Program-made: the position numbers and the translations under genes
Source: an uncultured Bacteroidota bacterium
GTDB taxonomy: Bacteria; Bacteroidota; Bacteroidia; Bacteroidales; SZUA-534
NCBI GenBank assembly: GCA_946186925.1
Contig: CAMHPA010000011.1
Span: 5,130-69,129 of the forward strand
DNA length: 64,000 bases
Direction of reading: 5' to 3'
The notes under the pieces: generated by a model
What the model was told of the DNA's origin: nothing
What the model saw: the letters and a program-made list of their open reading frames with translations, nothing else
Database searches by the model: none
Part shown: positions 61,835 through 64,000 of the stretch, one piece after another
Position numbering within the stretch: the first letter of the stretch is position 1
How the letters are laid out: each line of letters opens with the position of its first letter

Positions 61835-62692
61835 TTGTTGCAGAACATTCATTTCATAGACAAATCGTTCGACTACGTCAATGTCGACAAATACCATATG
61901 TCCCTTCAGGTTTTCCTGAAGGGATTTTCGTTTTCCGTGCTCGACCGCGAACGGAACAAATATGTGGCTTTGGCGCACTATCAGTTCAACCGGATAACAT
62001 CGTACCGTACGCTTGCTCGCCAGATAGAAGGCATCCTGAATAGTGAGCCGATGCTGCAATGCCCGTTTAGCCACGTAAAACTGATGTTCTGCACAACCGA
62101 ATACACCTTTGTGCCAGCCGCTTATTACAATGACGCCGACAAGGCCGCCTGGTTCGATTTCAATCAGGATTTGAAACGCGACTGCGAGCTTATATCGAAT
62201 TATATCTTCGGAAACTCGTCGAATGTTGTGTTCAGCGTCCCAAAAGTGCTTGTAGATCTGTTCAGAGCGCACTATCCGGCAGTGAGATTCTATCACCAGT
62301 CGGTACCGCTGATTGAGGAATTGACGCTGAAAAGCAAGCTTGAAGGCGAGGGCAGAAGGGTGCTAGTTAACATAATGCCAGCGTTTTTCGACTTTGTGTT
62401 AATCGATAACGGCGAGATTACGCTTTACAATACGTTTAGTTATAAATCAACCGACGATTTCAAATATTTCTTCCTGAACGCCATCGACAACATGAGGCTG
62501 TCGCCTGTAAGCACGCAAGTGAGCGTATGCGGTTTTGTCCCAGCTGATAGCGCCATTCTCGAGTCGATGAAGGAGTATATCCGCAACATCGACTATTTTA
62601 TTAAACCGGCTCATTTCGACTATGTTTACGGCATCAACGATGTGCCGGCGCATTATTTCACCAATATGATAAACCTATACCAATGCGGATAA
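61835..62692 (+). CDS. DUF3822-like protein (start uncertain)
   Basis: A conserved Bacteroidota partner gene directly upstream of rsmD. The core reads YHMSLQVFLKGFSFSVLDRERNKYVAL. The ORF-track start at 61775 overlaps the previous gene. A TTG at 61835/61838 or the ATG at 61898 are the realistic starts. Confidence 0.55.
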   Translation: MLQNIHFIDKSFDYVNVDKYHMSLQVFLKGFSFSVLDRERNKYVALAHYQFNRITSYRTLARQIEGILNSEPMLQCPFSHVKLMFCTTEYTFVPAAYYNDADKAAWFDFNQDLKRDCELISNYIFGNSSNVVFSVPKVLVDLFRAHYPAVRFYHQSVPLIEELTLKSKLEGEGRRVLVNIMPAFFDFVLIDNGEITLYNTFSYKSTDDFKYFFLNAIDNMRLSPVSTQVSVCGFVPADSAILESMKEYIRNIDYFIKPAHFDYVYGINDVPAHYFTNMINLYQCG

Positions 62693-63216
62693 TCAGCGGA
62701 ACATACCGGCACAGGGTGATTCAGCCGCCATCGAACTTCAAGGCTCGGCCGACTACCGATCTTGCGAAAGAGAGCTTGTTCAATATACTTGATAATTGTA
62801 TTGATATTGAATCAGTTAGGGTGCTTGATTTGTTTGGAGGCACTGGTGGAATCTCATATGAATTTGCTTCGCGCGGTTGTACCGATATAACTTGTGTTGA
62901 GCTTAATTATCATCATTATAATTTCATTAAAAGAACCGTGACAGATCTGAAAATGGAAGGAGTGAAGGTTATTCGTGCCGACGCACTGAAATTTATTGCC
63001 AACTGCAACGAATCTTTTGATCTGATTTTCGCTGATCCGCCATATGATCTGCCACAATTGCCGGATATACCTAAAATGGTTATTGATTATAAGTTGATTG
63101 CCGAAGATGGACTTTTCATAATGGAGCATTCCGAAAAAAACAAATTCGACCATATGCCACAGTTTTTCATGCATAAGCATTACGGAGCGGTCAATTTCAG
63201 TTTTTTTAAATTGTAA
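62683..63216 (+). CDS. rsmD: 16S rRNA (guanine966-N2)-methyltransferase RsmD
   Basis: MRIISGTYRHRVIQPPSNFKARPTTDLAKESLFNIL, the SAM motif LDLFGGTGGISYEFASRG, and the catalytic FADPPY. Confidence 0.9.
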   Translation: MRIISGTYRHRVIQPPSNFKARPTTDLAKESLFNILDNCIDIESVRVLDLFGGTGGISYEFASRGCTDITCVELNYHHYNFIKRTVTDLKMEGVKVIRADALKFIANCNESFDLIFADPPYDLPQLPDIPKMVIDYKLIAEDGLFIMEHSEKNKFDHMPQFFMHKHYGAVNFSFFKL

Positions 63217-63445
63217 CTTTTTTTGTCGTTTTGGGCTTAAATAGTGGAGTTTTTCTCATTTTCGCATATGCTATTTAACATAATATAAATTATCAAACAA
63301 TCAGACATATTCAATAATTAAAGCAAATAAATGAATCAATACGGAACCAGAATTTAATGAACTTGCCGAGAATCGCACAGAATGAAAAATTCGGACAGTT
63401 AATCAGAATATCGCAAAAATTCGAGTTAAGCGTATCAATTAGAAA

Positions 63446-64000
63446 TTAAAACAATGGCTTGAATAAATGCAGAATTTTCAGCAACGGATTGTTGATTCGC
63501 GAAATCTGAAAATATTCAACCGGCTTGGCGCCAAACCGCCGGTACGACTGCTCAACATTCTCAATCATACTGCCTTCAAAATCAAACGATTTGGTAACTG
63601 TGGCGGCCAGTTTAATTGCATTGAACATCAGAAAATCGCCGACACCGGTACTGCGATATTTGTCTGGAAATGTGTAAGTTAATGCGTACATTGCTTCGGA
63701 ATCCCAAACCACAAACAAAGTTCCGTTTGTAACGCCTTCAGAATCAACTGCTTGAAGTATTGTTCCGGCATTGTTTGCCACGCAAGCGTCATATAGCTTC
63801 AAGAACATTGTTTTTGAAAAGCTAACTTGCTGATTTTTAGAGCGTAATTCGTCCTCAAAAAATGAATAGAACTCCTCTCCTGTCATTTCGTTATTGATTG
63901 TCAGCAACTTAGATGCTTTTCGGATGTTGCGTTTCTTGGAGTCGTCGAACTTGCTGAAAACGGCATCAACATCGCTTAAATTGTTGATTACAAAGCTGTA
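63446..64000 (-). CDS. FemAB/BioF2-like GNAT-fold acyltransferase, C-terminal part (5' end beyond the right edge)
   Basis: The frame stays open upstream of the ORF-track start (63907) to the window edge: YSFVINNLSDVDAVFSKFDDSKKRNIRKASKLLTINNEMTGEEF. The KRNIRKA motif and the C-terminal FDFEGS...RFGAKP are typical of FemAB-like/acetyltransf_6 proteins. Confidence 0.5.
   Translation of the reverse strand, partial: YSFVINNLSDVDAVFSKFDDSKKRNIRKASKLLTINNEMTGEEFYSFFEDELRSKNQQVSFSKTMFLKLYDACVANNAGTILQAVDSEGVTNGTLFVVWDSEAMYALTYTFPDKYRSTGVGDFLMFNAIKLAATVTKSFDFEGSMIENVEQSYRRFGAKPVEYFQISRINNPLLKILHLFKPLF

Overview
This 64-kb window looks like a chromosomal segment of a Bacteroidota (Bacteroidales-like) bacterium. 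The evidence is T9SS C-terminal sorting domains, SprB-type repeats, DUF3822-rsmD synteny and TTTG/TAnnTTTG-type promoter boxes. Hand counts give roughly 50% G+C, with several AT-rich patches. I support about 50 protein genes and one tRNA-Pro(CGG). No rRNA, CRISPR array, integrase or bounded IS element was seen.

Most of the window is housekeeping: an LptD-like gene (edge-truncated), an amidase, dnaA with an AT-rich candidate oriC, hisS, map, dsbD-like, a LytS/LytTR pair, nnr, ftsE, gyrB, menA, nudC, rng, hup, a RecD-like helicase and rsmD.

The parts worth a second look are:
1. 45.9-50.5 kb: a tightly packed same-strand cluster of a stand-alone HIRAN protein, an McrB-like AAA+ protein with an unassigned N-terminal domain, an McrC-like nuclease, and an apparently intact Y1-HUH (IS200/RayT-like) protein with an extra C-terminal domain and no visible IS ends. 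A hairpin-dense intergenic module sits upstream. This is my best candidate for an undescribed defence or DNA-processing system.
2. 23.0-26.2 kb: a fused double-DUF1538 membrane protein translationally coupled to a protein that reads as three tandem P-II-like repeats, a possible single-chain pseudo-trimer.
3. A 1.3-kb AT-rich T9SS-cargo gene bracketed by ~95-bp direct repeats copied from the 3' end of the P-II-like gene.
4. A shared vocabulary of 7-, 8- and 9-bp stutter repeats that recurs in at least six intergenic spacers.
5. GTAGAGAC-type palindromes, one of them inside a T9SS sorting-domain coding sequence.
6. Smaller oddities: a receiver-domain gene with an in-frame TGA, a hybrid kinase without the canonical phospho-acceptor His, and a 29-codon very basic ORF missing from the ORF track.

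Every functional call rests on by-eye motif recognition. No database search was run.
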